A DNA stretch of 64,000 bases, from the NCBI GenBank assembly GCA_951406725.2, contig OX597818.1:19468001-19532000 (forward strand). Reading direction: 5' to 3'. The notes under the pieces are model-generated. The model was not told the origin of the DNA. It searched no databases and was given only the letters and a program-made list of their open reading frames with translations. This document shows, piece by piece, positions 14,657 to 30,194 of the stretch. Every line of letters starts with the position of its first letter. Position 1 is the stretch's first letter. The position numbers and the translations under genes are program-made. The stretch is from Octopus vulgaris. Lineage: Eukaryota.

Positions 14657-14694
14657 TGTATGTATGTGCGTGTGTTTATATGTGTGTGCGTGTG

Positions 14695-14753
<59 letters not shown>

Positions 14754-15274
14754 ATATTAATAAATAGTTTAATACTCTTATTTTAAGAAACAAGTCTTAA
14801 TTTCGACTCAGCCACCACTACTTTCGTTTGCCTCCACTGAAGTGCCAAGCATTATTTCCGAATCCACTTATAAGCTCTCTTCAGTTTCTCACTTCTTTGC
14901 TGTCTCGCTATTTATTCATATACTTAACTCCAGAGTTATGCAATTTTCTGCAGAAGCCACATTACAGAGAGGGAGAACAAACATTTTGACATCATAGTTG
15001 GAGCGTAAGTGCGTGTGCGTGCATGTGTGTGTGTGTCTGTGTGCGCGCGCGCTTATGTGTGTATATACGTATCTGTGTTGTGTATTGTATGTATGTATAT
15101 TTGAACGTTTTCTGTGTCAACAGATTTAAGATAAGCTTGTATATTATTCAATTCCGAATAATGCGTAATAAAGTGTCATTTTGTTTATTATTTGCATTGG
15201 AATGTCACCGAAGGCTTTTAGATTCATCTGTGTGTGGGCATTTGGGGTCCATTGTGTTACATTCTTGACAATAA

Positions 15275-15509
15275 CTATTTCTTTATTACCCACAAGGAGC
15301 TAAACATAGAGGGGACAAACAAGGACAGACATAGGTATTAAGTCGATTACATCGACCCCAGTGCGTAACTGGTACTTAATTTATCGACCCCGAAAGGATG
15401 AAAGGCAAAGTCGACCTCGGCGGAATTTGAACTCACAACGTAACGGCAGACGAAATACCGCTAAGCATTTCGCACGGCGTGCTAACGTTTCTGCCAGCTC
15501 GCCGCCTTC
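15275..15509 (-). mobile_element. SINE family A
   Basis: Reverse complement of the family A consensus, ending ctgccagctcgccgcctt. Confidence 0.85.
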
Positions 15510-15558
15510 TTGACAAAAACGTCGATTAATCCACTTCTAGGCCGCCCTTTAACTCTGA

Positions 15559-15942
15559 CTAGCAGTATCGCCCGGCGTTGCTCAGGTTTGTAAGGGAAAT
15601 AACTATAAAGCATTTTTAGAGAGTTATAGCCAAAAAATAGCAAAAAAATGGAAAAAAAATGATGGTAAATTTTTTTTGAGGGATAAAAAAGGTGGAGTTG
15701 CGTCCCCTAGACGGTCTGTGGTTTGGGTTTTAGATTCTCGACCCCATGTCGAATTTATCGATCTTTTTCAGAAGTGGGGGAACTTTTCAAAATTTTCGCT
15801 GCGTTAGTTTTGAATTATGACATTGGGCTATGTGTGTGTCAAGTTTCATCAGAATCGGTTGAAAGCCGTGGTCAGAGTGAGGGTACGAGAAAACAGACAC
15901 ACAGAAAACGCACAGACAAACTGCCGTTTATATAGAGAGAGA
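15559..15942 (-). mobile_element. Non-autonomous Helitron
   Basis: Minus strand starts TC and ends with a GC hairpin plus CTAG, inserted between A and T with no TSD; highly similar to 41921-42303. Confidence 0.85.
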
Positions 15943-18415
15943 TTAGGCCTAAAAGTAAACATTTTTACTCCAGAATATGAACAATACGTTCAAAGAAAGC
16001 GCCTCAATAGAAGGCTGCCGTATATAAAATTATAAACAAAACAGCACTTAATAAGGACTCAGTAGGTTTCATAGAATTATTTGATATGTAGCGGACAGGT
16101 TTTCTTGAAGTAGCCTCGGCGTACCTAGCGGAGATTTGTATCGATTTAGTCGATCCTACAAATATAGTTGAAAATACATCATTTGCTATCGGAAATTGAA
16201 CCAACACCTGTAGCTACTTAAGAAGTCACTCTATTGCTGACCTGCTACACAGAGAAACGTACTTTTGAACCTTGGCACTTTTATTTTTTACACTCATTGA
16301 GAGCTGTCGTATAATTTCCTTCTGTGTAACGTTGTTTTCCTGTTCCGTTCAAATAGATTCTTTTGTAATATAGGACTTCCCTTGAAAAGATACTTCTACT
16401 ACACTCGAGAAACACTACGTCTTAAAGAACTTCAGATTTAGCTTATATTTGTGGGCACAAGAGGTGCTTTCTACAATCGTATAATATAGCATAATCTAGT
16501 GTGTGTGTGTGTGTGTGTGTGTATTAGTGCAGAAGGCCTACCACCTGTCATCGTGTCACTGTTATCACACGGGTAACGTTTTCATTAATTATTCGGATGA
16601 CAGCATAATAAACTGAACTGAATTTCGCCTCCTGGGCGTGGTCTGATGAATCGATCGCTTGCACAGCACTGAATTTCCGGTCCAGGCTGTTTAGCAAACT
16701 AGTCAATAATGTTCTTTTGTAATACGAGCCAACGGAAAACCTGTGTAGTCACTCGACTTACTAGAAATAAGACCGAATCTCTCTCGAATCACACCCTCCA
16801 TTTTTTAAAGAAAAAGTTAAGAACTCAGATAATGTCATCTCAGACATTCCACCTAGATAAGAGATAAAGGCAATCACAGATACAAAACTGCTGAGCATAG
16901 GTCTACTCGTTTAAGGTTGACGTGAGGTTAAACAACAACAACAACAACGAGAACGATGATGACGACAATGTTGATGACGTTTCAGGCTTTAGTGAACCTT
17001 TTCTGGAGATATATAACTTCTGCTATTATAATCTAATCAGTGATAGTTAGGATTTATGAGTCTGGAAGGTTATAGCATATGGTCTTTGTATGACATTACT
17101 GTATCATTTCCTATATTAACAGTATGATGGTTACAGTCGTGTTAATGATATGGATTTCATAATGTCCTATTGTTATTCCAATCAACAATGTTCAATTGTT
17201 TACTCTTTGCCTTTTTATTTTTTCTAATCTCTATAATCAAAGTGATATAGAAATAAATGAAGAAGGTTTGATATTAGAGAATGCTTTACTTTCGTTGAGG
17301 AAACTCAATCGACAGAAATGTTTCCGTGTAAAAATATTCTTATCGTTTAACCCTAGGTAGGCCCTCCTCAATAGAAATATTCTCAGATGAGTTCCAACCA
17401 TCTCCATCTTGACTTTTGTTTTTTTCTTTTCTTTGCTAACATAACGTATTTAGGAATATATTATACACTGTAGAAGGTACGTTGTGATTTGAGGTGTTTG
17501 GCTATTATCTATAACTAGTCAAGAAACCACATGGAATTTCTTTCATTAGCTCATTTCTATTAACGTACTTATTAGTGCTGCTTGTAATAATGATTTCAAA
17601 TTTTTGGCCAGCAATGCTAAGGGTGGAAGGTAAGTCGATTACATCTACCCCCAATACTCAACTGGTACTTATTTTATCAACTCCGAAAGTATGAAAGGCA
17701 AAGTCGACCTTGGCGACATTTGAACTCAGAACTTAAGAAAATGAAAGAAAGAAAGAAAGAAAGAACGAATGAAAGAAAGGGAAAGAAAGAAAAGGGAAGG
17801 AAGAAAGAAGGAAAGAAGGAAAAGGGTCATTGGTTCTTTGCTTCTTGCACCGACTAAATCATGAAAGACAACGTAGTAAACATTCAACAATTTACAACGA
17901 GTGTCATGATTTTCCTGATTGTATAAAATGTAGGGTGGCTGACAAGAAACTATAAAAACGACAGTAATTGCTAGTGAGTTCATAATAAATACCTACTGTA
18001 TTAATAATGACCATGAGAACAATGCTGAAAAACTTAAAAAAGAATCCTGTTAATGACAATTGCTAGAATAATTACAATAGCAGCAATAAAAAGCTGATCG
18101 CAGCGATAAAGGACAAATGAAATTAGAGACAACGTTATTGACGAGTGACAGTGATGGAAGACTAGACGAAAGCTAAATTGTCCAATCTATAATTTATATG
18201 GTTTACGTATTTGACGTAGAGAGGTGGGGAAATGGAAAGGAAATGAAAGATAGAACAGTTCGAAGATTTACATTGATTCCCATGTAAACAAACAATAAAA
18301 CAGACATACGTACACATACACACACACGTACACACAAATACACATATCTATATCTATCTATCTATCTGTCTGTTTGATTCTCTCTCCTCTCTCTCTCTCT
18401 CTCTCTATCTATCTC

Positions 18416-18465
<50 letters not shown>

Positions 18466-18889
18466 TGTATACACACACACACACAAACACACATACACAC
18501 GCATACATACATACATACATACATACTTGCATACATACATACTTATTCTGAACTGTATGTTATATAAAGAAAACTAACCCTTCTTCTTGGAATCGGTCCA
18601 AATTCACTTAACAAACAAACAAGGACCTGATATTAAATAGCTATTCTTTGGCACATTGCCGTTTTTATGCAGTTAGCATTTAGCAATTCTGTACCAAAAA
18701 TGACGTCGTTATTGAAGGAGATCATATATTTAACATAGAAACCTATAGTTCAAGTAGAGATGGTTGCATATTGATCCAACAATAAACATATTTTATAGTT
18801 GCCTCCCTTCTTCACTCTTCATTTCTGTTTCTATACTATGTTGCCAAATGATTGCGTACACACATAGAGTATAATGTTGTATGTATGTG

Positions 18890-19010
<121 letters not shown>

Positions 19011-19476
19011 TAGAGAGAGAGAGACAGACAGAAACAGGCAGACTAATAATGATAGAGAGATATGCGCACATGCGTATACGCGTGTGTAAAAATGCAACAA
19101 GAGTCTAAATAACTCATAAAAATATTTTTAGACTTTAAGTATTATCGAATCTGCCTCGCATAAAAATAGGTTAGTGAGTGCTGCCTTTTTCTAACTTTGA
19201 TTTATTATTATTATTATTTTTTCAATTATTGGACTACAGCCATCCTGGATCGAAACCTTGAAAGGCTTTGTCGATCCAATCGACTCTGATACTTACTATT
19301 TTAAAGTCTGATATTTATTCTATCGGTTTCCGTCTACGGAAATGTTTGGTTACGAGAACTTTATTGGAGCTGTGAAACAAACACACACACACACACACAC
19401 AACCCTCCCCCGTGTGTGTGTGTGTGTATGTAGGTCTGGGGTAACAAGAACGATAAACAGCCTGCATATATATATA

Positions 19477-19902
19477 TAGACCACATACCGAAAGTATTAG
19501 AAATAGCAGCCAGAGGACTGTTATTTCTTTTACTACAAAAATATGTCCCCACAGACAACAGTATTTGTAACTCATTTTGTGGCAAAAAGACGAAGGAAAA
19601 TAACGAAATCAAACAGTCCACGGTCAATTATGGACGCACGTTTCTGGATTAGAATCATAAGATTCATTTCCTTCATCAACATAAAATTCCGATAAATAAA
19701 TCTAGAAATGCTAGGAAATCTTACCCCCCATATTTCCGACCAGGCGACATCAGGGCATACAGATTTCGTTTGATTTCGTTATTTTTCTTCGTCTTTCTGC
19801 CACAAAATGAGTTACAAATACTGTTGTCTGTGGGACATTTTTGTAGTAAAAGAAATAACAGTCCTCTGGCTGCTATTTCTAATACTTTCGGTATGTGGTC
19901 TA
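19477..19902. mobile_element. Long-TIR MITE (foldback-like)
   Basis: Arms 19477-19614 and 19768-19902 are near-perfect inverted repeats (TAGACCACATACCGAAAG...CTTTCGGTATGTGGTCTA) around a ~150-bp spacer. Confidence 0.85.
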
Positions 19903-20039
19903 GCAACTTGTTGCAAAGACCCTCATTGTTATAATTAAATATAATTTTACTGAATATGGTCCTTTTCCATACCGAAACACTACTTGGTGAAATTTGTTGA
20001 TTTTATTAAATTAATTATATTTCACCCTTTATTTGTATT

Positions 20040-20084
<45 letters not shown>

Positions 20085-20110
20085 CAATACAAATAAAGGG
20101 TGAAATATAA

Positions 20111-20173
<63 letters not shown>

Positions 20174-20322
20174 TATAATCAATACAAATAAAGGGTGAAA
20201 TATAATTAATTTAATATATATATATATATATATATACAATAATATGTTACATTACTCGATAAATTTCCTTTATTTACATAATATTGAGGTCTCTTTCTTT
20301 CTTTTGTTATCTTACCGTTTTA

Positions 20323-20376
<54 letters not shown>

Positions 20377-20378
<2 letters not shown>

Positions 20379-20874
20379 GTGATCCCTAGTTTATCGCGAT
20401 AGATTGGTTCCGAGACAGGCCGCGATAACTGAATTTCCGCGAAGTAGGGACACCATATTTACAGTGTTTATTTAACGTGTATTTGGAGTTTTAAAACCCT
20501 CCCTGTACTGTTAACAGCCCACCCATTACAATAGTCTATTAATAACAAGGACAACTGTTAAGCAATAACACTTTAGATTTTTAAAAAATAAAGATTGTTA
20601 CTGTTACACGGGCCAGATTACAAAATATAAAGCTGTGATTCGTCGTCTCTCTCCATTACACCAATCACAGCCCGCCTTAAGTTCAAATACCCCTGTATAT
20701 GATTTGTTGCTATTTTATGTTTGTTTTGTTGTTCCTAGACTAGGAAATGATATTTATTATTAATATTTTAATGGATTTAATGAAAAATTTTAAGCGTTCA
20801 TATATATATATTTTTAAAATTCGTGAAGTCGTGAATCCGCGATAGTTGAACCGCGAAGTAGCGAGGGAACACTA
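20377..20874. mobile_element. pogo/Tigger-like MITE
   Basis: Termini CAGTGATCCCT...AGGGAACACT, internal ccgcgata/ccgcgaagta subterminal motifs, inserted in a (TA)n tract. Confidence 0.7.
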
Positions 20875-20892
20875 TATATATATATATATATA

Positions 20893-21062
20893 TATTGCGT
20901 CATCCCAAGTTTTGAAGAATGCAGTTCGATTTTAACAGTTATTTTTTCAAAGCTATAATGGATATGACAAAGGAGCATATTCGGCATATTAGCATTATGT
21001 GTTCAATAAAGGCAGCAACGCAACGGAAACTGTGAAGAATATTAATGCAGTATATGAGGATT
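20893..21062 (+). mobile_element. mariner transposon, 5' half (TIR plus transposase N-terminus)
   Basis: TATTGCGTCATCCCA TIR, then a frameshifted MDMTKEHIRHI / HYVFNKGSNATETVKNINAVY, a mariner HTH start. Confidence 0.7.
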
Positions 21063-21067
21063 GGATA

Positions 21068-21360
21068 ATAAGGATGAAAGAGAAAGTCGACCTCGGCAGA
21101 ATTTGAACTCTGAACGTACACACGCACGAAATACCTATTTCTTTACTACCCACAAAAGGATAAACACAGAGAGGACAAACAAGGACAGACAAACAGATTA
21201 AGTCGATTATATCGACCCCAGTGCGTAGGTACTTATTTAATCGACCCCGAAAGGATGAAAGGCAAAGCCGACCTCGGCGGAACTCACAGCGTAGCGGCAG
21301 ACGAAATACCGCTAAGCATTTCGCCAGACATGCTAACGTTTCTGCCAGCTCACCGCCTTC
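21068..21360 (-). mobile_element. SINE family A (about 1.3 units)
   Basis: Matches the family A consensus. Confidence 0.8.
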
Positions 21361-21402
<42 letters not shown>

Positions 21403-22415
21403 TGGAGGTTCAGCCTTAGAAAAGGAGAGAAAGTATCTCCATTGTGCTAAATTTGTAATGGATTTGGCGAAACATTTGCCGTTATTATTATTGGAAAAGT
21501 AAGAGAAAAAGAATCTGGAAAAGGTGGATTCGTGGTATAACAGATTTTAGGCTATAATTTTTGTCGACTCTCTATTCGGAGCGAAATAACTTACATGTTC
21601 GAGAAAGTATTACACTAAACAAAGCTTAGAATTGTGTAGCAGTAAAAATAAGTAGTGCCATTAAACCCTAAATAATAGGCTGTACTGCCTAGGAAAAACG
21701 ATTATACTGTTAGCAACAACAGAATTTATAAAACCAATTCACCACAAAACAAGAGACGTGATATACCACACGAGGTGCATGGAGGAGCGGAGTAGGATAA
21801 TACCTTAACCTATATAGGAAGCACAGATCGTAGTACAGATGTAAAAGTCAATGATATGAACCCAGCACATTTTCTCTAGTAACATTCCACAGATAAAAAT
21901 GAAATGTCAATAAACAATGTAGTAATAGAAATCTTTATCGCACTCCAAACAATCCAACGTTAAGACAGGTCACCGAGTCAGTACACATATTAGGAACAGA
22001 AGCCAAACTCATCACTCCCTCAAAAGAAAGGACAACTCTCGATTAACATACTCCTAGACAAAAGGAATACTATAATAATAATAAAGATAATAGTGCAAGG
22101 CAGTGTAATCTAATATATTTTGGCATAATTAACGGTGTGTGTAAGATGCAAATGGAAACAAAAACAACGCACATTCAGGCTGAAATACGTTGGAATAATA
22201 CCAGACACTAAAGAATCAAAGACTATTGTGAAGTAATCATTGAAAAGCCATAGTTCTGTGATACAAGATTTTTATGTTTCAATCAATAAAGCGATAAATT
22301 AATTAATTAAACAAACTGTAACCAGTACAATTTTTAAGAATAATCTATCAAAAGTACATTATCTGTTTCAACACATAGTTTCACAAATATAATTATCTTG
22401 TGTAATGGAGAAAAG

Positions 22416-22452
<37 letters not shown>

Positions 22453-22758
22453 AAATAGAATTTTACAATTGAATTTAAAAGATATTCCTGGAGTAATTAA
22501 CTTAGCAAATATGTGGACAGAAGAAAATTACTCTGGAGAATTTATGTGTGCTGATAACTCATCGTTAACATCACTTCGTCGTTCAAACCATTTTTTGCTC
22601 TTAATTGTCTTTTACCGGTCATATACACAGAAATTACGTCTATGTAAGTGTATATATGTATCTGTTCATATATACTATATCTGTGCGTGTATGTATGTAT
22701 ATATATATATATATACAGAGAGAGAGAGAGAGATGTATATATGTAAGTAGTATCTCTA

Positions 22759-22807
<49 letters not shown>

Positions 22808-22967
22808 TATGAGCAAAACACTTCATTTCACGTTGCTCCAGTCCACTCAGCTGGCAAAAATTAGTAACGCTGCGATGGACTGGCGTCCCGTCCAGCTGAG
22901 GAACACATACGCCATAGTAACCGGGAAACCGTGCCCATGAGCCTGGCTCGGCTATGAAAGGGCGCAT

Positions 22968-24080
<1,113 letters not shown>

Positions 24081-24501
24081 GCAGTCCACCAGAACGAAAT
24101 AGTAATCAAATGGTTGTGAACCACTGACTTAGTCCTATTATAAATGGGAAGCATTGCTGTGATTCTGTCTGACAACGGGTTTGTAGGGCAACGGATTTAG
24201 GTCCACGTAATCTAATATCCCTTTTTTTTTTGTTAGTTTGTAATACGTGGTAAATGACTTAAGGAAAATATGAGTACTATTTCTAGTAAGTCGAGAGGCT
24301 CCACAGAGAGCCCTTCCCCCTCCTTCGTTAGACGACATTCATTATAAAGATGTCACGTACGTAGGAGGATTGTCATAAAGAACTTAAATCTATCTAATGC
24401 TTCTAAAGATAGATGTAAAGAAACAAAAACAGCTCCAAAATAGTAACCATCTACCACCCGTTCCGCACGCCTAAACACATGAACTAAGAGACATTTAAAC
24501 A

Positions 24502-24537
<36 letters not shown>

Positions 24538-24867
24538 CGATATGATGGGCGCAATGACGCGTCCGTTGAGATCTTGGTCCGATAAACGAATCAGTTAACC
24601 TCGTTGTAGTATATCGTTATCTATGTGTACACACGTTTTGCTAAATGCGTTGCTATAAATAAGGAATAAGGATAAAATTGGGTATTGGAAGAGGGAGTTT
24701 CAGAGGCTATGGTATGCATGTCTTGCGGGTGTAATGCGTGTATGTATGTACGTGAAAGTGTGCATATGGCCGTGCATGCACGTTGGCACATATTTGTCTA
24801 TGAATGTATATATATGTGTGTGTGTATATGCGTTGTTTGTGTGTATGTTGTGTGCATGTGTGTATGT

Positions 24868-25090
24868 TATATATTTCTTTACTACCCACAAGAGGCTAAA
24901 CACAGAGGGGACAAACAAGGACAGACAAAGGGATTAAGTCGACTACATCGACCCCAGTGCGTAACTGGTACTTAATTTATCGACCCCGAAAGGATGAAAG
25001 GCAAAGTCGACCTCGGCGGAATTTGAACTCGGAACGTAACGACAGACGAATTTCGCCCGGCGTGCTAACGTTTCTACCAGCTCGCCGCCT
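24868..25090 (-). mobile_element. SINE family A, present only in duplication copy A
   Basis: Family A consensus; absent from the corresponding position of copy B (~32820-32890). Confidence 0.85.
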
Positions 25091-25628
25091 TTGTGTGTAT
25101 GTGTGTATGTTATATGCTTCGTGTTTAGCTGTATAGCATGCATGTGTATATATCTATCTGTATGTCTGTATGTGAGTGAGTATATGCCTATATATATGTC
25201 TTTATATGTACACACACACACACGCACGCACAGAGACACACATGCGCCCACAATTATACATAGCCTATTGTATCTACACTCAACCCACCAGCTTCCTGTG
25301 GAGGCCCAAAGACCTCTGCCTGGCCCCCAGCGACCATCGTTAAAGAGTGACTTAAGCTTGTTGAAAATAAACAAAGACAAAATAATCATTATTAAATAAA
25401 AGAGCATTATTAAATACAATAAATGAATAAGCAAAATTGGAAAAGCACTAATACTAAAATCTCAGTCAGGACTTATAATAAAAGGCCAGCTATTATCTCG
25501 TAACGGATGCAGAGCATAATACTCTCTCAGTGACGTTATAAGTACGACGTAAATTTTTTGACACTTTATAGTATATTACAAAATTGAACAAACGTAAACA
25601 TAAGGACATAAAAGTTTACAGCATGTGA

Positions 25629-25683
<55 letters not shown>

Positions 25684-25854
25684 CTTGTAAGTGCGTTTTA
25701 GGTTTATTATGGTTGTACAGCGTTGTAATTGTTTTAGCTTCAGCACTTTGTCAAACAAATGCAACTTTATGTAAATATAAGTCCATCCCTGGTAAGCGGA
25801 TTTAGTGCCATACACATACACACACACACATATACATACATACATACACACACG

Positions 25855-25890
<36 letters not shown>

Positions 25891-26329
25891 CATACACGCA
25901 CATATATGTGATTATTGAAGTCCAAAAGGATTTACGTACACACTCCTTGGCGCATTCCCAGAAACGGCCGTAAGATTCTTTCGTATTTATTAGGATTATT
26001 GTGAACTGCCATCTCATCAGCTGGAGACTTTTTGATTTGTCAGTATGTATTAATGCAATTAGTTATCCGACTTTGATTTGGGCAGGGAATTACACTGTTA
26101 TATGTATGTATATGTTTTTATATGTCATATGTTCACATATTTATAATGGCTTTTATATACCCTCTGTGTTTAGATGTGTCGACTTTGATGATGATTATTA
26201 TTGACCATCAAATTTGTCTCTTTCTAATTAATACTTTAGTCTAATTGCTCAATAAATTGAGCCCTACGCTGTTGTTTCTTCAAAAGTGTTCACCTCTTCG
26301 ACTTTTAATTACCTACATGTATACACATA

Positions 26330-27020
26330 TGCCATTGGAAAAGTCAGCAAATTAGGTCAATAGGTTCCTTACAAACTTTCCTTGTCTAATCGCGCGCAGA
26401 GTGAATGTGTGCTCTTCTTTGCTGTCACGTCTCACGAATGAACCTTTTTTGGACCGAATAGTGAAGGACGGTGGGTAGGGAAAGGAGAAACACCGGCACC
26501 CTAGGCTAAGCTATTGTTATTCTTTTAGTGGGGTATGAAAGGTTTAGTCCACTTTTAAACCCAAAGCAAACAATAACAAAGGAGATCTACTGCAAGTTGC
26601 CTGAGCGGCTTAAGTTAGCGCTAGAAGAAAAACTACCATCTTTGGTTTCAAGACGAAAGGTGTTCTTCCATTAGGATAATTCTCGGTTACATGCCATGAG
26701 GGTGACATTCGAAAAGCAGTTTGAATGGCAAATGATGCCCCACCTACCATATTCGCGAGACATTGCTCCATCTAACTATAATCTATTTTGCAGTCTTCAA
26801 AAATCATTTGGACGGAAAATATATGAATTCTGTAGACGAAGTCTGAACAGTTCTGGAGAAGTTATTTTTCGTCACGAACAAGTGAATTTTGGAAGACGGG
26901 CCTTGCAAGTCCACTAGATAGATGGAGAATATATTTTAGATTAAAAAAAGAATTTTGTTTATTTTAATTTTCAAAAATAAAGAAGTGTATAAAACCGCAT
27001 TATTTATGAGGTGACCCAAT
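26330..27020 (+). mobile_element. mariner (DD34D) transposon, 3' half
   Basis: GKVSKLGQ*VPYKL (WVPHEL-like) and PHLPYSRDIAPSNYNLF (YSPDLAPSDY-like) motifs; terminal aaaccgcattatttatgaggtgacccaata TIR. Confidence 0.85.
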
Positions 27021-27044
27021 ATATATACACTTTAGTCTATACAT

Positions 27045-27107
<63 letters not shown>

Positions 27108-27724
27108 ATATATATATATCAAAGGAGCAAGGGCAAAACGACTTCTCTTCAGCATGCTTGAAGTGCTGACACCTTGAAGAAACTACCAAAAACTCCAGAT
27201 AAATATACACGTTAATTGTGAATTGGTCCAATTTCTGGATTAAAGCAAAAATAATAATAATAATAATAATAAAATAAAATAAGCCGTCTTCCTTCTTCAA
27301 TACAATACACGGGGGGGGGATAAGTCCAAATAATTGTACATACCGTCCAAAGTAGGTTCATACGTCCACACACACACACACATACACACACAATCACACA
27401 CTTACATACATAACTTATCATACATTATCAAATACCGCGGAGGTTACTTTGCCTTCACCTTTTCGGGATCGATGAAAAAAGTAGCAGTTGAGCACTGGGT
27501 TCAATGTAATTGACTGGCCCCACCTCCCTGGAATTTTAGGCCTTGTGTCTGTAATAGAAATTATCATCATCATCATTGTTGTTGTTATTGTTGTTCAGCA
27601 GAAACTTTCACAAATGTGCCAGAGGCCGAGATTTCGTGCATGGTACTTTATAAAGTGTAACGGTTTTGTAACTTTTTGTCGATTAAAAATAATAAATATG
27701 TGTGTCTGAGTGTGCCTATGACTA

Positions 27725-28235
27725 ACTGGCATTCCGTTGGTTACGACAGCGAGTGTTTCATTTGATCCGATCTACGGAACAGTCTGTTCGTAAAATTAAT
27801 GTGAAAATAGCTGAGCACTCCATAAACACGCGTATATTTAATGTAGCTCTCAGGGAGATTCAGCGTGACACGTAATGTGACAAAGTTGTCCCTTTAAAAT
27901 ATAGCTACAACTCATTTTTACCAGCTGAATGGACTAGAGCAACGTGAAATAAAGTGTCTTTCTCAAGGACACAATACACCGTGAGGTATCGAACTCCCAA
28001 CCTTAAGATCGTCGAACAAATACCCTTACCACTTAGCCACGCACCTTCATAGTGTGTTTATGTGTGTGTTCACAACTTACTTCCGCAGTTTCCGTCTACT
28101 AAATTAGCATACAAGACAGTAGTATGTTCGGTGGTATAGTAGAAGACACTTGCCCAAGGCGCCGTGCAATGGAACTGAATCCGACACCACGTCTCTGTGA
28201 AGCGAACTTCCTAATCACACAGCCATGCCTGCGCC
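27725..28235 (-). mobile_element. Adjacent decayed SINEs (family C, then family B head)
   Basis: Similarity to the 39651 and 40355 copies on the reverse strand. Confidence 0.7.
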
Positions 28236-28732
28236 TAAGCCATGCCCGAAAACGCTAGCAACGGAAAACTGACAATGCACTTGCTTGACTTTTAATCTCT
28301 TACCGTCAGTTGCATCATAACGTAGGTGTTATATATTTGTATAACTTTATTCAAATGTACACCATCTGTCAACCAATTCTGAGGGTAAAAAAGGCCAAGC
28401 TAATGAGGTACTGTATTATAGTGATTCTGTGAGATTTTGAATGTATTCCAAACGTGTCACTGAAATGTGATAAATCATTATCAATGTGATATATCTGTAA
28501 TTATTGCAAGATGTTCACTTGTTGCTCTTGTTGTTGTGGTTGTTGCTAAGCCCTGATCCAGCTGACCTTACGGTTAAAGGCTTCTCAGACATAAAAATCT
28601 TCTAGTTATGTGTCTGTTTCATGCATAATATATCCCCCAATCTATATTATGTAACGTGCGTAATGTGTTCTTTCTGCATAAACTGTATAATTGTTATTTC
28701 TTGCAGGTGGAAGAACCTGCTAAAAACAGCAG

Positions 28733-28763
<31 letters not shown>

Positions 28764-29675
28764 TACACACACACACACTCACGCACATTATATCACATGC
28801 ATGTATATATATAAACACACGCAGACACATATATGTAAGGATGTGTGTGTGCATATATTCATGTATATATATTACATTCACAGAGAGAAGAATAACGGAC
28901 AAACAGTAACACGTGTAAAGAGTTTAATTTTATACAAAATTGCATGTTCACTTTACATGATGTAAGTAAGTCTTATCTTTACAGCTGTTTCAAATAATCT
29001 GTGCATCATTGATAACACAATACATATTATGCAAGCAGATGCAAAACTGAGGCAAAAATAGTATGAACTAGCACAAATTCACGATATTCTTTACAGAAAA
29101 CTGTGCAAATATGTGAACAGAGGTAGTGTTATGCATATTGTGGCTCTGTTCACACAATTGGCCTTTATCTTCTAAAGAAAATGTTGGAAATCTGCCACAT
29201 AGAGACCTTCAGTCGTCAAAATTCATTCAAGTTGATACTATAGTTACTTTTATGTTTATGGGTAATACTGCACCTGCTTGCATAATATGCATTGTTATAT
29301 CAACCATTTACCCAGAATTTGAATCAGGTGTAAAGACATATCCATCTTACATCGTGTAATTTTTCATATTAATACATTCCTGATACCTGTTATTGTTTGT
29401 CCGTCATTCTCCGATGTAGGCTCGATTTCGACCGTTCTTCTCACCAACTCTTCTATCTCTGGACTACTCCATCTTGATGAAGGAGTTGGAGTTTAAATAT
29501 CTGGTCTCCCAGCAGACTACTTGGTGACTATATTCCACGCCTGTACTGCACATTATTACCCATTATATATATATATTTATATATATATTTATATATATAT
29601 TTATATATATATATTTATATATATATCTGTATGCTTGTATCTGTATGCTTGTACATACATACATACATACATACA

Positions 29676-29707
<32 letters not shown>

Positions 29708-30150
29708 ATACATGCATACATACATACATATAGTTATATAGGATTCATAGAGAATCAAGGCACCTCAGCAGGTAACACGCCACCGATTGGCTGGAAAGAA
29801 TCACGCAGAGAAGACAGTGAAGTAACCTATTATCAGTTTATAAGCAGCGATGAAGAGTGTTTACTTGTAATTTGTCATTCCAATCGTTTACCAGCAATAA
29901 TACTAAGAAACAAAGGAATAGTTTTAAATTTTGCTACAATTATTTCGCTGAGAATCTTTGTTTAATGTAAGCATAATACAATATTATGGATTACTTTATG
30001 CATTACGTAAATTCTCATTGTACTTATTCATTATTTAAAACATTTAATATCTACTATATAAGTAAGAACATTATGTAACAACTGTAAACGATTGGAATAG
30101 ACATCTCTTCTTTCACATCACTTCTTTATCCTTCTTTCTTTCTCTCTCTA

Positions 30151-30194
<44 letters not shown>

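Noticed and set aside
16643-16680. CTGATGA hammerhead start
   Set aside because: No downstream stem II plus GAAA.
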